Positions 26,332 to 40,370 of a stretch of 64,000 nucleotides of DNA are shown piece after piece. The DNA lies in the NCBI GenBank assembly GCA_036172245.1, contig JAYWIR010000006.1, positions 1,426,001 through 1,490,000 on the forward strand. The letters run 5' to 3'. The stretch is from Raillietiella orientalis (taxonomy: Eukaryota). The number at the start of each line of letters is the position of its first letter. Positions within the stretch are counted from its first letter, which is position 1. The position numbers and the translations under genes are program-made. The notes beneath the pieces are model-generated. The model saw only the letters and a program-made list of their open reading frames with translations, was not told the origin of the DNA and did not search any database.

Positions 26332-28069
26332 CGCGCGCGCGCACGTGTGTCCCCTCCAAACTCTTCTTCACTGATCCTCAGAGCCAGCTTGGAACATTCT
26401 CAATTTCAAATCTTGTAAGTCTGAAATTTCAATTTCTTTTCCGCCGCTGCTGCTGTACTCCTGGTTTTGAGTGTCGTTACCAACATCGCGGACATCTCAG
26501 ACTGCAAGAGGAAGAAAGAAAGAGGGAGGGGGGGGGGGGGGGGGAAAAAAATGATCGAAACAACAGATTCAAATCGAAGGGCAAGGTTTCTTGTCAGAAA
26601 CAAATCACAGGCCCATCCGTTTCGAGGAGCGCCGATGGAGGCTCTTCTTGCTCCAGGAGTGATCGGACGGAGCTGTTCGGTCCGGGGATGCTGCGGCGCG
26701 CGTACCCTCTTGTGTACAAAAGTGGCGGAACGCCCGGTCGGAATTTCGGGATCGGCACCGGAGATCCGGCCGCCCCGAAACGCCGACTTTTCCGGAGCCG
26801 ATCGAAACGGATGTCCTCCTTGCTCCAGCGCGAAGAAGAAGTCGCGTTCCGTTCCGGCTCGGCCTCCTCCGTGCAATTTATCCATTTAATTACTCCGCAT
26901 CCGAATGCGATCCTGATTGGTCAGTTTAAATTTCAGCCGAGCCCATCTCCAGGAAATTCGTGGATGCGGCGTACCAAGACATGGGATGTCAATTCCGCTT
27001 TGGCACCGAGCTTTGACCGCTCGGACTTTCCTCCGGAGGAAGGGGGTGGGGGGTGGGGGGAAAGACTTCCAATTCACCGGAAGAAGAAATATAAGTGTGC
27101 GTACACAATGTGATGGAAAGGATCGGCAGGGCACGGGAGCGTGTGGTGACAGGGAAGGAACGACCCGAGCAGTGCATCTGTTGCCAGGCGTCGGGATGTC
27201 CTGCCAACCCAAGCTGCCATTACATACCATCCTGTACGAAACCGGTGAGGGAAAGTGTGTACTTGTATTCGCTTCCGTTTTTCTTTTCTCTCTCCTGAGG
27301 AAGCGCCCTCAGTTTTCAAGTACTGAGAAGAACAGGCAAACGGACGATGAATTGTTTCACGGTCCTGGCGGTGAGCAGAGAGCTTGTTTGCCGAATTCGT
27401 AGGTCTGGAGGTCGCCGGCATCGTGGGCACGCGGCGAGCTACGCTCACCTACACCCGCGCCTGCCGACGAGGAACCTTCCCGATCCTCTTCCTTGTGTAC
27501 AAAAAAAGAGAGAGAGAGAGAGGGAGGAGTTTAATTAAAAGACAACTCCTGGAGGAACCTCCGGAGGAGCTCTTCCAGCATTTTTCCTTTTGCAGTGATC
27601 CTGATCGGGTTGCCTTCGGGAGGATGCCGTTGGAGATATCGGAACGCGCCCTCCGCGGAGCGCGGGGTGAACCCGAGTTCAGAGGAACAGTGCTCCTCCC
27701 ATTTGTTCACTAAACGAGGCAAGTGTAAAGAGTTCCATCCCGGGTGCATCCGTGGGAAGTAGAAGTGGAGTGGTGGCAGGCAGACGAGGGGGGTGCGGGG
27801 TGGGGGGTCGGGGCGGAGGTGTCGCAGAAGTGGTGCGCGCGCGCGCGCGCTGATATGTGGGTTAACGAGCACCTAAGCTCGCAAGGTATCATTCTTCGCC
27901 TCTCCGCTGGAAAATAAGAATGGCAAGATTGGACGCTTAAAGGAACATCGGTCCACCCCGCATCATCATAGTAGTTAACGCAAAGACGTCCTAACCTCTA
28001 TTCAGTGTAACGCGCGCAAGTGCGTAAACGAATGATAAGCGCAAAAGACAACGGTGGACCCAGTTAGAG

Positions 28070-28310
28070 GAATCGACTTTGTATCATTACACGGAACATG
28101 ATACAAGGAATATAAAATTTATCATCGAGATCACATATAATTTGACATGAAACAGTAATTAGTTCGCAATTAGAATGAAAAGTGGGTCTCGCTCCATTAC
28201 GGATTTCCCAAATAAAAAGCCTAAATAAAAATCATCATTCTGCTAATCTGAAGTTTCTCTCTAGAATTATGGACTGCGATGCTTGAATTTCGTAAATTGA
28301 GCGTCTAAAG
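28070..28310. promoter_or_regulatory. Candidate enhancer / conserved non-coding element
   Basis: Very AT-rich complex block with TAATTAG, CAATTAG, TAATTTGACA and AAATTTAT. Confidence 0.35.
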
Positions 28311-28407
28311 CAGGGGACGGCGGTGCGGATGGAGAGCGGATGCCATCATCCGCTCTGCCTTCCTCGCTTTCGCAGTGCTCCGCGGTCATGCGTGCGGGCG
28401 ACCATCT

Positions 28408-28436
28408 TGCTGCTGCTGCTGCTGCTGCTGCTGCTG
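28408..28436. repeat. (TGC)n trinucleotide repeat
   Basis: Directly visible. Similar CAG/CTG runs occur near 4420 and 15381. Confidence 0.9.
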
Positions 28437-31059
28437 GGCGAAGAGCGGCTGAAGGGCTTTTACGAGGTCTTTCCGCGGACAGCACGAGATCACCACCTAG
28501 GAACGGGTTCAGCCGAACGCGTCCGCAGATCCTGACAGTGATTTGTACACCGGGAGGCGCAGCGCAAAGCGAGAAAAGAAAGTCACCTTTTAACGAATTG
28601 TCTAATTCAAGTTCTTCTACACGAGACGAGGAACTGCCGGAGAAGGGACTCTCTCGAAAACAATCCATCACTTTGAGCCGTTCCAATGTTCGGATGACAG
28701 CCCCGGTGATCATTTGTATCAGTAATTGATCTCTGCTTACGTTCCGAAAAATCATCTACGGGAAAGTGTAACGCAGAGAGGATTTCAAGATTACCGAATC
28801 TCGGATGAGGGCTGGGGTCCGAAGGCTGGGTGCTTCGGCATGCGTAGGTTTAGGGGCGAGCCAGGGTCTTCTTGCCTGCACGTTCCAGCGTGCTGCTGCT
28901 GCTGCGAGCGCCTCGGAAGCGACTTCCGCTGGCGCCGGGCGGCCGCAGAATCCACCGGCGCCATCCCGTTCCTTTCTTCGGCGGTGGACTCGCTGCTGCC
29001 CCATGGGATGGATGGGCGCGCGGTGCGTTTCCCTTCCTTCCGAAAATCGTGATTTTCGTCGTCAGTGCAACGCGCCGCATCGAAATCTGAAAAATCACCA
29101 GCGCGGGCCATCTGACGTCTGTTTGCCAGAGTTCGTTATTCTTTCTGTCTTTTTCTTTCTTTCCTTTTTCTATCTCACTCGCGAAGCGGAGTGCGCGCGC
29201 AAGAATGATATTTCGTGTTCATATATAAATCATCGTTATGGACTCATTAAAAGGAAGCATCGGGAATATTCATGACCAGATTAAACAGTTTTCTTTGGGA
29301 TGCTCGGGATTAAGATTCTATTAAAAGTTGTACGTGGTTCTCGAGTAGGAACGCGCGCGCGCCCCCCTCATGTTTTGTTTATTGCAAGCAGGTCTTAATC
29401 GGGAACCAATTCCAGATCCTTTCGAGCTCCGGCTACACGTGTTCCCCCCCGATTCACTTCGGAGTGGATGGTTCCCGGGTTTCAAGATTTCCGAGTTTCA
29501 GCATCTTTTCTTCTTCTCCTTCTTCTTCCTCCTCCTCCTCCCCTCCTGGGATGTTACCCGAGAGCGATTTGTGTTTCGCGGAACTTCTGTGAGGGATCGG
29601 TCAGTTTATGTTGGTTTCGAGATCCATCAAGGATATTTACTAGCCGAAATGAGGACAAATCACGCATCCCGTTAAGGGGCGGGCGCGGCGCGCGATCGAA
29701 AGCCTGCGCTCACTGGTCACAGGCGAGAAGAGTTGCTCCTGATCTTGTTTTTTTTTTTTTTTTTTCCCCTTTTTTTTGTTCTTTGCTGACCGGTTCGCCA
29801 CCGCTGGGTGGCCGCAGGATCCACCGGAACGTTCCACCTCGCTCTTCTTCTTCTCTGCCCGACACGGACACTCGACGTGCTGCAGAGGACGTTTCGCGAA
29901 CGTCCGCACGCGCACTCTGTTGGCGCCGCGGTGGTGCTTCGCCGCCGTCGCCGGCGTGTTTGCGACCAGCGCTGGCCGGAGGAGCGCGCGGGCTCCGCGT
30001 AGGTCACCCACCCGCTCCAGGTGTGTGCGTGTGGGACTGCGGCCGAGAGGGGCAGCTTCCCTCCATCCGCTGGGAAGATCGGGTTGCGTTCCGCTCGCGT
30101 TCCCGGGGGCGGGCGGACGCGCGCCCTCCTCACGCCCGGACGTTCTGCGGCGCCGCGCTCCTTTCGCCTGCGGCCGAACAAGGCCCGGCGGGAACCCGTA
30201 CAGGTACCCACAGGAACACGTACCTGCGGGGTGCAGAAGTGTGTGAGAGCGGCCCGTGGCCGCCGCCTGGGAAACAGCAAGAGATGCTGATCGGTTGTGA
30301 AACGATGAGCTGCTCCGCACGCATCAGGCACTCCATCCTCACTTGTCTGGCACCGTTCTCAGCATCGCGGAGCAACTCAGCGCAACACGGGACGATGATG
30401 ACTCGACGTCATGTGCAGGAAGAACGTTCCTCCTCCTCTTTCCCATCTGCACGGCTCACACGGAAGATGTAACCATCAATCTAAATTTCCCTTCTCCGGC
30501 GGCAGCAGCAGTGACGCGTCCTCTCATTTGCATGTGGACCGCGTGCATCCTCCTCGCTTTTTCCGAGCGGTCGGGGGCTCGGCGAGTTGCGCCCGAACCT
30601 CTTTCCCGCTCCGGAGCCTGGATGGAAGGAGGAGGTCTCGCCTGCAGCCTCCTCCTCCTCTTCTTCGCCTCCAGGATATCTCTCGTTTCGCGTCGGGAGG
30701 GGGGAGGGGGAGGGAGGAAGTGAGCCGGCAAGAGCGGCCGGGAAGTCTTCGCGGATCGCATAGACGGGGGAAGGACGGGAAAGGGCCCCCCGCCTTCGCT
30801 TCAAGCCGCGGGCACGCCGGGATGAACTCTCTCGCGCGCGCTCGTGCCATCCGCGGATGGTTGCCAGGAGACTCCAGCATCGATCAGCACTGCTCCTTTT
30901 CCTTCGCAGGAGCGAAGGGGAAGAAGAGGAGCTCGCGCGCGAGAGAGGAGGAGGAGGGAAAACATCGCAGAAGAATCCCTCGGATGCCAAATAGATACCA
31001 TGATGACAAAAAGCAAATTTCTTTTCGTTCTCGCCATCAAGAGGCAATAAAACGTGTAC

Positions 31060-31380
31060 CCGTTGCTTAGATCCCGGATTATATCGCCATTTCTTCCGTT
31101 GCAGATCACCGCCAGCGCTGTAATCCTAAGGTTCCTAGTGGAAACGATCTGGTTCCGATCAATAAACGATCTCCCTGTCATCTACAGAAGCACAGTTAGG
31201 GAAATTATCTATTTTCAGGCAGAATTTCCTGTTCCATATTACATCCTCCCTACTTTATCAAATCGGAGCGGCCCCATCCATCATGGGATCTTTCCTTTAC
31301 AAGCAAATCTCTTTCTGCTGCAAATGAATTTCCCGCTATTTTCCTCGAATGCGCAAAGATCCACGTGATTTATACAGCGA
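31060..31380. promoter_or_regulatory. Candidate enhancer / conserved non-coding element
   Basis: Repeat-free, lower-GC block with TAATCC, CTGTCA (MEIS-type), and an E-box CACGTG overlapping a PBX-HOX-like TGATTTAT at 31362-31373. Confidence 0.4.
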
Positions 31381-31719
31381 GAGCGGAGCTGCCGCCTCAT
31401 TTCGTGGGGACCTCCCCCGATCGCGTCCTCCGCATTTCCTCGCGTCGCGCGTCCTGCTCACCGGGAGCGAGCCGTTCCCGGGGAGAGACGTCCCGTTCCT
31501 TCTTCGCACGACGGGAAAAGAAAAAAAAAAAGTGCGAAGGAGGAAGAAACGGCAAGGACGACGACTGCGACAACAAGAAGACAAAGCAAAAAGGAAAAAA
31601 GGAAGCGGCGCAAAAGCGAAGGAGGAGAGAGGACCGCAGGCAAGGGATTCGGTCGATCGCCAGCCACTCGTCTGCTCTGCGCCCGGGGGACCCCGGGACT
31701 CCCTGCAAGAGCGTTCGGC

Positions 31720-32400
31720 TGGCTGAAATCGGTCCTCTGATCCAGAAGCGGTGGGAGGTACGGAGGTGTCCTCGTTCTGTACCTGCAGTCTGGAAGGACT
31801 CGAGAGAGGAAGTCCCTTTGGGACTTTTCGGGAGGGAAATCCTCCCTTCGGTGCTGACCGAGCTTTTCCTTCCGTCCACTGACGTCAAGCAGGTCCTCTC
31901 TTGGCGCCGCAGAGCGCGCCAGAGGTTCTGGTGCTCTCGGGAGACCTCCGTGCTTGGGAGTCTCCCGGGAGAGATCAGGAGGGGAAAAGTCGCCTGTCTG
32001 TCACAGTGCTCCCGAGTGGCAGCGCCGTTCCCCACGAAAGTCCTCTTCGAACACGGAAGGATTTTAGAGTCCCATTCCGGCGCCGGGGTCCTCGTCGATT
32101 CGCGCGGACAGGAGAGGGAAATAGCACGAAGTGACCGGGGAAGGTCGTCAGGCTTTTTTCTCCCCCAGGCTGGTTGTTGGGGAGTGAGGATGCGTCGGAA
32201 ACGGGTTCGATCCATCATCACCTGCTCGATCCGACCGCATGGACCCGGAAACGCCGTTTCTTCCGCATCTTTGCTGCCAGCCTCCGTTCTTCGCCAGCGT
32301 CTTTCTTCTGTCTTCGCTTCGTCTCTCCTTCCGTAGCGAGGGTTCTCAAAGGTGGTCAGTTCCACTTTCGAAAGCTGGCGGAAGGTGCAGCGCCATCTCA
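31720..32400 (-). mobile_element. Possible highly degenerate non-LTR RT N-terminal fragment
   Basis: TAFPGPCG (cf. KAPGPDG) is followed by GRKKPDDLPRSLRAISLSC (cf. KPGKP.DDP.SYRPISLLC). The spacing is shorter than canonical. Confidence 0.3.
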
Positions 32401-35400
32401 TGAGTCACATCCTCTTCCTCCTGCTCCGCGATGGTCGCCTCTTCGATAGTTCCATCCGATCGCGGAGCTCCTCCTAAGGACGAAGAGATGCTTTTGCTTG
32501 TCGCGCACCACCGGATGCAGTGCTCGTCTTTCGGATGAAAATGGTCGCCGGCTCCGTCGTCTCTGAAGGAAGGAAATTTTCATTTTCTGGAACGAAGGTT
32601 TCTTCGAAAAACATTCCCCCCCCCCCTTTCCATCTTCCCCTCCATAGGGAGGCATCTGCTTTCCAAGGACGGCCGGCCCCGCATCCTGCATCCTGCGGTG
32701 GAACCCGACGTGATGCTGTTCGAATGATTCGCAATCACGGGCGCACTGAAAGGCTCCTAGCAAGAACTCTCTCTCTTAAGGCTCGGTCCCGTTTATCCCC
32801 CCCCCCCTCCTCGCTCCTTTTCTGGCGCGCGTGCTTGCGTTTATCAGGTGCCAGAGTAGCGTGGCACACGTGCGGATCGACCTCTCGCTTGGGAAGGGAA
32901 GCATCTCAAGAAAGCGGTATCAGAGCGCTGGACCACGATCGAGAGCAACCTGTCCAAGAACTCCTTCCCCCCCCTCTTTCAACGCAGCTTTTTCTCGTTC
33001 GATCCGGGACAGCGAATCGTGCCATCCGGCGTAGTCACAGGGACGGGAGGGCCCACGGAGATGTTTCCGATGACGGAGAGGAGACCTGCCTTTCCCTAGA
33101 CGGCAAAGCTTCCACACTTATCGATCATCGAGTTTTTCTTTTTTTTTCTCCCCTATCACGGCGTTTGTCCTTTTATTGTGCTGTTGATCGAGCAACGCAA
33201 TAAAAGACGGAGAGACCATCGAGAGATTTGGTAACCAACGAAACATGTGGTTCTCCCCCCCGAGTAACGAGAACTCTTCGTTGCTCTCAACGAAAGCAAG
33301 AAGTTGGCTGCAGTTTTTATTAATCTGTTCGAGGCTCCAATACTTTCCGATCTGTTATCGCCACTCAATCATGCCGTTCCTTACCACCCATCCTCTCCCC
33401 CCTTCTTCCGGGAGACGCCTTCCCTGCATCCGTTCGCGACGTGCGGATTGTTTCGGAACCGCTGACATCGTGCGAAGGATGTTTGCTATATTCTTGCGGC
33501 AGCACCTCGCGTCGCCGCTCCCGTGCCTTCTTCTTCCTCCTCCTTCCCCGTGCCTTCTTCCCTCCTCCCTTTTTTCCCCTTCAGGTTTCCGTCGGCGCGC
33601 AGGTTCATCTTCGCGGCGCGATAACGTGCGGCGCGGCGGGTTGAGGACGTCCCACTCCATTTTCTGCTTGATAAATCTTCCTGCTCCGGAATATCGGGCC
33701 GCCGTCCTCTTCAACCTGGAAGCGGATTCGCATAGTTGACCCGTGATTCCTTCCTCCTCCGTGATCCTTCGACTCCCCTCCCTCTGCACGACTTCCATTT
33801 CGCACCTTTTTCGCGTTCCTGTCCAGCAGGTGCCTCTCACGTATCGGACCAACGACAGACGGTTGCATCGAAGGGATGCACTCGCCGGCGAATTCCCCTC
33901 CCCCTTTCCTCTCCCCTCTCCTTCCCTCCGCGCGCGCTGACCATTCTCTGGAACCGATCACGGAAGATCGAAGTGTGGTTCCGTGGCGCGCTCGTAATCC
34001 ATTCTCCACGGTGGAGGGGCGCAGAGGAGGGACGGCGCGCATTCCCAGAATTCCGAGGCACCGAATGGGCGCCCTTCGTTAAAAATTTCCGAATTTCTCC
34101 ACCGCGAAAGGTTTTCCCCGCAATTCGTGCCGCGGAGACACTCCGACCGATGGTCGACGCTCTGAGACGCGTCCGCGAACGAGCGGTTTCTCCCCTGCAA
34201 GGGCTGAACAAACACATCGTTTTGGGACGCCAGCAGCAAAGTGAGCTCAACCTCCCAGCCAACATTCCTCCGGTTAATCGCTCCAAACCTTTTCCCCGCG
34301 TCCCTCTTCAGCGCCGTTTCAGCGACTTCGTTCCTAGCGTGCATTTCCTTTTCCGAACCTCCGCCTGCTGCCGGCCTGGCGCCTCCCGGAGTCGCCTTCC
34401 AGCGTCCGTTCGGGCAATTTCTGTTTGTTTTTTTTCTTCTTTCACTTTCTACGAATCTTCGCGGAAGACGATGGGTTCGATGCGTCCTCGGGGGGCCAAC
34501 AGTTCCAGCGTGCCTCCTCCGCGCGTCCACTCTTGAGTTGTCTCGCCGAGGTGTTCCTTTTGGATTCGCATCTAATGGCATCCCCCCATTCCTGTTGCCC
34601 GCTCTCGCTGGAAATCGTACTTTCTCGTTCCCCCCCTTTCGAGCAGCTAAAGGACCGCTCCACTTTCCAGACGAAGAGCTTCCTGCTCCGTGTATCCCAG
34701 CCAGCCGCCTGGTGCCTCGCCGCAAACGACCCTCTCCGTCGACAGACCGATCGGCGACGGCAAACACCCCAAAGCCTAGGTGTGCAAAGAAATGCGCTCC
34801 CGAAGATAAAGACGACGGTGACTGCTTCAGGGGAAGGAAAAGGACGAAGAAGATGCTATCAAAAAGTGGAACCTGGAGGCCTGGGGGTTTCAGGAAGGCA
34901 CCTCAGAACTTCGGCCCGGCCCCATTCCAGGGCGCACCTTTCCAAACCAGAGAACCGATGGTTTCGCTGGAGATTTTCCCATACTCGTCTCTTCCCGTGG
35001 ACGGACGCAAATAACAGCAGTCCGAAAGATCACCTGCGGTGAAATTATTGCATCGTTCATAATGGAGAAAAAGCAGCAGCCATGACCCTGTTCACGAATA
35101 TTTCCATTCCTCTAAGGTAGCTGCTACATCACTCCGTTTCTGGCATTCCTGCAGACGCTGCAGACATCCCCCCCCCCCTTCCGTTCCGGAGAGCGCCAGC
35201 TGACTTGGAATGGTTGTTTGCCCCTGCCATCTCGGCCCGCTTTATTCGTCGCTCTTCTCCAACGCCGCGCGCAGCGAAGGTCCGCAGCTCCTTCCTCGCT
35301 CCTTCTGTGGACCAGACCTTCGTCGTGGCCCTTCGGGGACCACAGGAGGACGGTGCTAGCTGATGCGGGAGCCCGACAGCCCCCCTCCCCAGCATCGGCG

Positions 35401-38400
35401 TCCCCTCGCAGCGGGAAGAACCAACAGGGCACGGACGGTTTTCCTCCAGCCGGAATTCCTCCTGAAACCTTCGCGGAGAGAGCGCGCCCGTCGCCGCGCG
35501 TTTCGGAGGAAACTGCCGGCGAGGCTTCACGCGAGGGGATGTTTCCCTCTGAGTTACTGAGATGCTAAATTACCCGGGACGCAGTTGCGCGTCCATGAAT
35601 GAGACCCCGCTCTACATCAAAACTGACCACACGTTATCAGATTACGTTTCCTAATTTCATGTAAACATCAATCAGGTGTTCCAAGGACAAGTCCCGAGGA
35701 GTTTCCCCATCTCCGGCAGCAACGGCACTCCTGGTCTTAGCGAGATCCGCGATCTCGGATGAAATGCGCCTTCGACTAAAAAGATGATGACGCCGCGGAG
35801 AACAGCAAGGGAAGGGGGGGAAGGAAAAAAAAGAGAAAAAGCGGAGGAAGAAAAGGAAGAAACAATAGAGTAGAAAATGGTCCTCGGATGCGTCGACTTC
35901 TTGTTATCGAGCGGAGAAATCGTGAAGGGGGGGGCCCGCTGCTCGTTCCCTTGGAATCGTTCGCCCTCCAGAGATGGAGAAAAAGCGCACCTCCGCTCGG
36001 GATCTTGTTCGAAAGAAGAGAGGAAAGAAGGATGGGGTGATCCCGTTTTTTTCCCCTTTCCCTGTTTGCTCAAACCGAGATCAGAGATCGTGCAAGGCCG
36101 AGCCTCAGGTTGACCATTGGGTGGGCGGGCAAGTTAACTGTCTCACGTGCCTCGAAATTTTTAAAATCCAATAATCCAAATGACCCGTCAGTCATTGCTC
36201 TTTGGCCAGGCAAATCTGCTTTTGCTAGAGGAGTGAGAAGGAAGGAGAGAGACGATTTCTTTTTCTCTCCTTCCTTAGAATCCCCCATGTTCTTTTTTTT
36301 TTTCTCTTCTTTTTCTCTATTTTCTGTACGTCTCAGTTGCAGCTTTGTTCCCTCTGTAGCTCTTGTTTGTCACCAACTCCTGCAAGTTCTACCGTAAGCG
36401 GACGCCCTGACCACTGTCGTTTCTCCGGGAACGTGAATTCGAGCGATGGAGAAACGGAAAGCGTCGAGATGAAGGGATTCTGCGCGGTGAGTTCTCGGAG
36501 GCGCCCGCAGGGTGCATCTTCTTCGTTCCCGTAAAGCGCACATGACATCGGGAAGGAGCTGCGGGTTGGAATCGGCAAGCGAGGACGGAGAAAGGGAGCA
36601 CAACGACTTGCGCGTCCTTTCCTCCAGGTTTGCACGTGTTCCTCCATGGGAAGAACTTGCGCGGGACGAGGGGCAAGCAGATCGAAAAGAATGCACTCAG
36701 GTCGCCGTCGCCACGGCAAGCCCCGAAAACCCGAATTCCGGGATCGCTGCCGGTAAAATTCGTTGGCGGCTGGGAACGAAGGTTGCCGATCCGCCTCTCG
36801 CAACGGCGATTTCCCCCAAGAGACGCGGAGAAGACACACGTCATGTTGCTCGCCGTACGTGCGTCTTCTGCAAGAACCCTCCTTACATAGCGGAAGCCAA
36901 CGGATCTGTATCTTTGATTCCGTTTTCGACAGCTCGTTAAAACGAAAACCGGCTGCTCAAGCAAGTTCCATGGATGCGCAGCAGCACACCGCTCGGGCAA
37001 CACGAGAGGAAATGTGTGCACCACAGCGGAAAAAAAAAAAAAAAAATCTTCTCCGGAGAACCACGCTAAGAGAAGTAAGCAGTTCCTTCTTTGGCGCATG
37101 AGGCAACAGACGTCTGCTGTTCTCCCGCGTTTGTCGAGGGATCACTCAAGGATGTGGAGTTGCCACCCGAAGGTATCGAATCGTCGTACCACCTCGCCTT
37201 TCCTCTCTTCATCTGCAATTCGGAAACGGAGTCCTCCCGAAATGAGCGCTCGAAAGGTTTCGAAAGGTCATCATCAAATGCAATTGTGTTGCGGGGACTT
37301 TGCAGCTCATTAAATGTCATTCATCGCGAATCTGGCGTCCTGATTTTTTTTAGGCACGGGGAGGGGGAGAGCGGGGGGGGCACGCGAGTCCCATTTCCCG
37401 GCTTCCATCTGCGCGAATTTCAACATCCCTCAAAAAGCAAGGTCCACGTTATTCTGTGATCCGTGTTTTTCATTTATACTTTGACAGTCATGGATCACCT
37501 ACCATATCCTTTCCTCCCGGTAAACAGAGTGAATAAGATACGGATTTGCGTAAGAGGGTCACTCCAGCTCTCTCGTTTTTATTTTTCAATAAAATTTTAT
37601 GGCAAAACGAAATCTGAGTTCTTCCAAAGGCAATTTTCGAAGATTTTTCCTTCTACTCGATCTACCCTAACCGGTTACTGAACAAATTTACGACCCGCAG
37701 TGTTTGGGTTCAATGATGTTTGCTACGCAATCATACGAAAAGTTGTTTCGTGGCATTAACTTCTAGAATAGCTTCCCGATCCAAGGATAAAAGGCTCCTA
37801 GTTTATGAAGCTCAGACCTCGGGCTTAAGAAAATTTGCCAAGGGAAGGTCTCCAGACTTTTTACGTTTCTGCTCAGCGCGCCTTTTCCACGTGGGCCAAA
37901 CCGGCCTGGTTCTCTGAGGCCCATTCCAGCCCTATTGCTTTTGCAGGTCATCCGAGTCTCTGCGAAGCTCCTGGTGATGCCAGCATCACCCTAACAGCTA
38001 ATAGCCGGATTCGTTATCTGGGGGAGTTCTTTGAAACTGGAAACGAAAAGGCAAAGTCAGCAGCAGGCAGGCGACTGACTTCCCTTAGAGGTCAAGGGAT
38101 CCCTCTTAATCCGTTTCAACAAGAGACCTCTTTCTATCGTTATGTGGCCTTGATGGGGGGCACATGGAATCGTGGATTCCGCGCGGCTAGGATAGATTCC
38201 TACTGGTCTGTGTCCTTATCTAAAACGTCCCTGCAAATCATGGATTTCTCACAACAAGCTGGGGGGAAAGAGTTTCGGCGAAGGCGTACAGATCGGTGGC
38301 ACGGTCGTATTTTCGAGAAAGTGCATTCCATGATTCTGTACACGGGTTTGAGTACCCCTCCCTGTCATTATCATTATTATTGTATCACATTACCATCCGG

Positions 38401-39135
38401 TCTTAATTATTTTAACAATTCTCGACTTCCCGGTAGCTCTGCTCTTTCCGTTAAGTTCTCGGGAAAGATTTACCGCACGGCTCGAGAAATTGGCCTTTTC
38501 GAAATGCGCTCCGATTGGAGCAAAAAATGCAAATAAGTGGGCCTCACGTGCAGCAAAGAAAACTTTTCCCAATACGGGGAAAGAGGAAGAAGAAGAAGAA
38601 GAAGAAGAAGAAGTCTTCCATGCACGGATTCCAAATCGACAAAAAGAACTTAATCGAAAATGGAATTTTCGAGAAGCTTTGGGTAGGAGGACGATTTCTC
38701 ATTCCGGTCGGACGTCGGGCTAACCGAGGTCTCCTTGCGAGGAGCAAATTTGCCAGTTCTAATTAGAGAGGAACGGAGCCGTTCCAGCGATGGCCGCTGA
38801 GGTGCTCTGAGCAAGGAACGTGAGCACCTTGCTCTTCGGAGAGAGAGGAAGAAACCACGAACGAAGGAACGAAGCAACTGATGCGGAATCTTGATCATCC
38901 AGCACCAATAACCCCCTGTTCTATTTGTGTCTCTCTCCACATTGGGAGAAGGACAAAACGGCTCCACGGATTCGAAACCCAGCTGCCGCGCAGTTTTGGC
39001 TTTCCTTTCACATCGCTCCGTCAAATTCCGCGAGTCCAGAATCCTCAAGTGCTTCTTTGGAAGAATAATTACCACTTCTGCCTGCCCAGATACTTTCGTG
39101 CTGTCACGCACCCTATTCCCGAAAAATATATAAAA

Positions 39136-39166
<31 letters not shown>

Positions 39167-39799
39167 CACACACATGATGATGCTGCCGGGTATTTTGCTT
39201 CCCTCAAGATTTCTGTGCGCTCCTTCCTCGCATGGTACAATACGAAAACGCCTCTTCCCCCCCCCCTCATTTGTTTTTGCATTCTTCACAAACCAATTAC
39301 AAGAGCGCATTTTTTCATCATTAATTACATTCTGAAAAATGTCGAAAAGAATAATGAAAGTTATTTGCAACAATTGCCTTTCCAGGCTTCGCTCTGACAT
39401 CTTTGAGATTCCTGTACAATCGCTTGAACTTTTTTTTCGAGAATATACAGATGAGAGTGTTCAGAAAAGTGTTTGAAAAATGATGCAATTAATCTGGAAA
39501 TATTCCCGAGCACTTTAGTGGAAGAAGTCAGATGCCGTGCATGTGCTGGAATCACATTTGTTAGTCGGAAACATGGCAATCCTGATTTTTGCTTTTATTT
39601 CTGCAGAGCTACCGCTGCTCTCCCCACCGACACCGTGAGAAACCACGGTACGCTGTTCATAAAGGGGGGACGCGATGATGATGTGCTGAGAAGACATCAT
39701 GATCTTAGAAAGAGTGCTAAACCCGACATCAGGAAATCCTGAAAGTGGATGTCGGTCGACTTTTTCGACCAGAATGCAATCGTTCTCGGAACTGGCGAA

Positions 39800-40370
39800 T
39801 CCGCAATCCTGAATCCGAATCAGTTCACCTTTTCAAATCAGTGGGTAATCGGGAACGATCTCGATCCCCAAATTCACTCTTTGTTGCCTCCGTTCTTCCC
39901 GGTAGGATTTCTTGTCGACATCGCCCACCGAATCCGAAACCCGTACGCCGTTCATCAGCAACCAATCTTTCGTTTCCTAGGCATCCTCTCCCTTATGATT
40001 GCCGCAACTAGAAGGACGTCCACCCCAGGAAAGTTTTCCGGCTATTAGTTTCAAACTGCGTCCATCTGGATTTCCTTAAATCCCCATATGGGTGCAGATA
40101 TTTGCGCGGCCGGAGTAAGAAGAGACAGCAGGGAAGAAAGGCGATGGAAAGAGGATCACCAAATGCTTCAGGCATTCGAGAAAACAGAATCCTTCGAGGA
40201 CTCCTTGACCTTGGTGCACCGATGACTGTCAGAGATTATTGCCGAAGACGGCCAGAGATCCCTGCTGTGATTAAAAAGGGAACAACGCGAACCCCCTGAA
40301 GACCCACTGCGGTTTCTCCGAGGATGTTGCCGGTCGCACACTCTTCGGCGCCTCTATCCTCAGGAAACGC
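39800..40370 (+). mobile_element. Degenerate L2-type LINE ORF2 C-terminal fragment
   Basis: Decayed matches in the expected order to SRLDYCN (near 40035-40060), DHITP (gaggatcacc, near 40151) and LTLVH (ttgaccttggtgcac, near 40204), then an RPLRS-like segment. Many stops. Confidence 0.35.

Noticed and set aside
35210..35260. LFAPAISARFIR, resembling a discoidin (F5/8 type C) motif
   Set aside because: The match is short, the flanks do not fit the domain and there are no splice sites.
37947..38050. Possible exon after ctattgcttttgcag (GHPSLCEAPG...IRYLGEFF)
   Set aside because: No canonical GT donor, no recognisable peptide and no partner exons.
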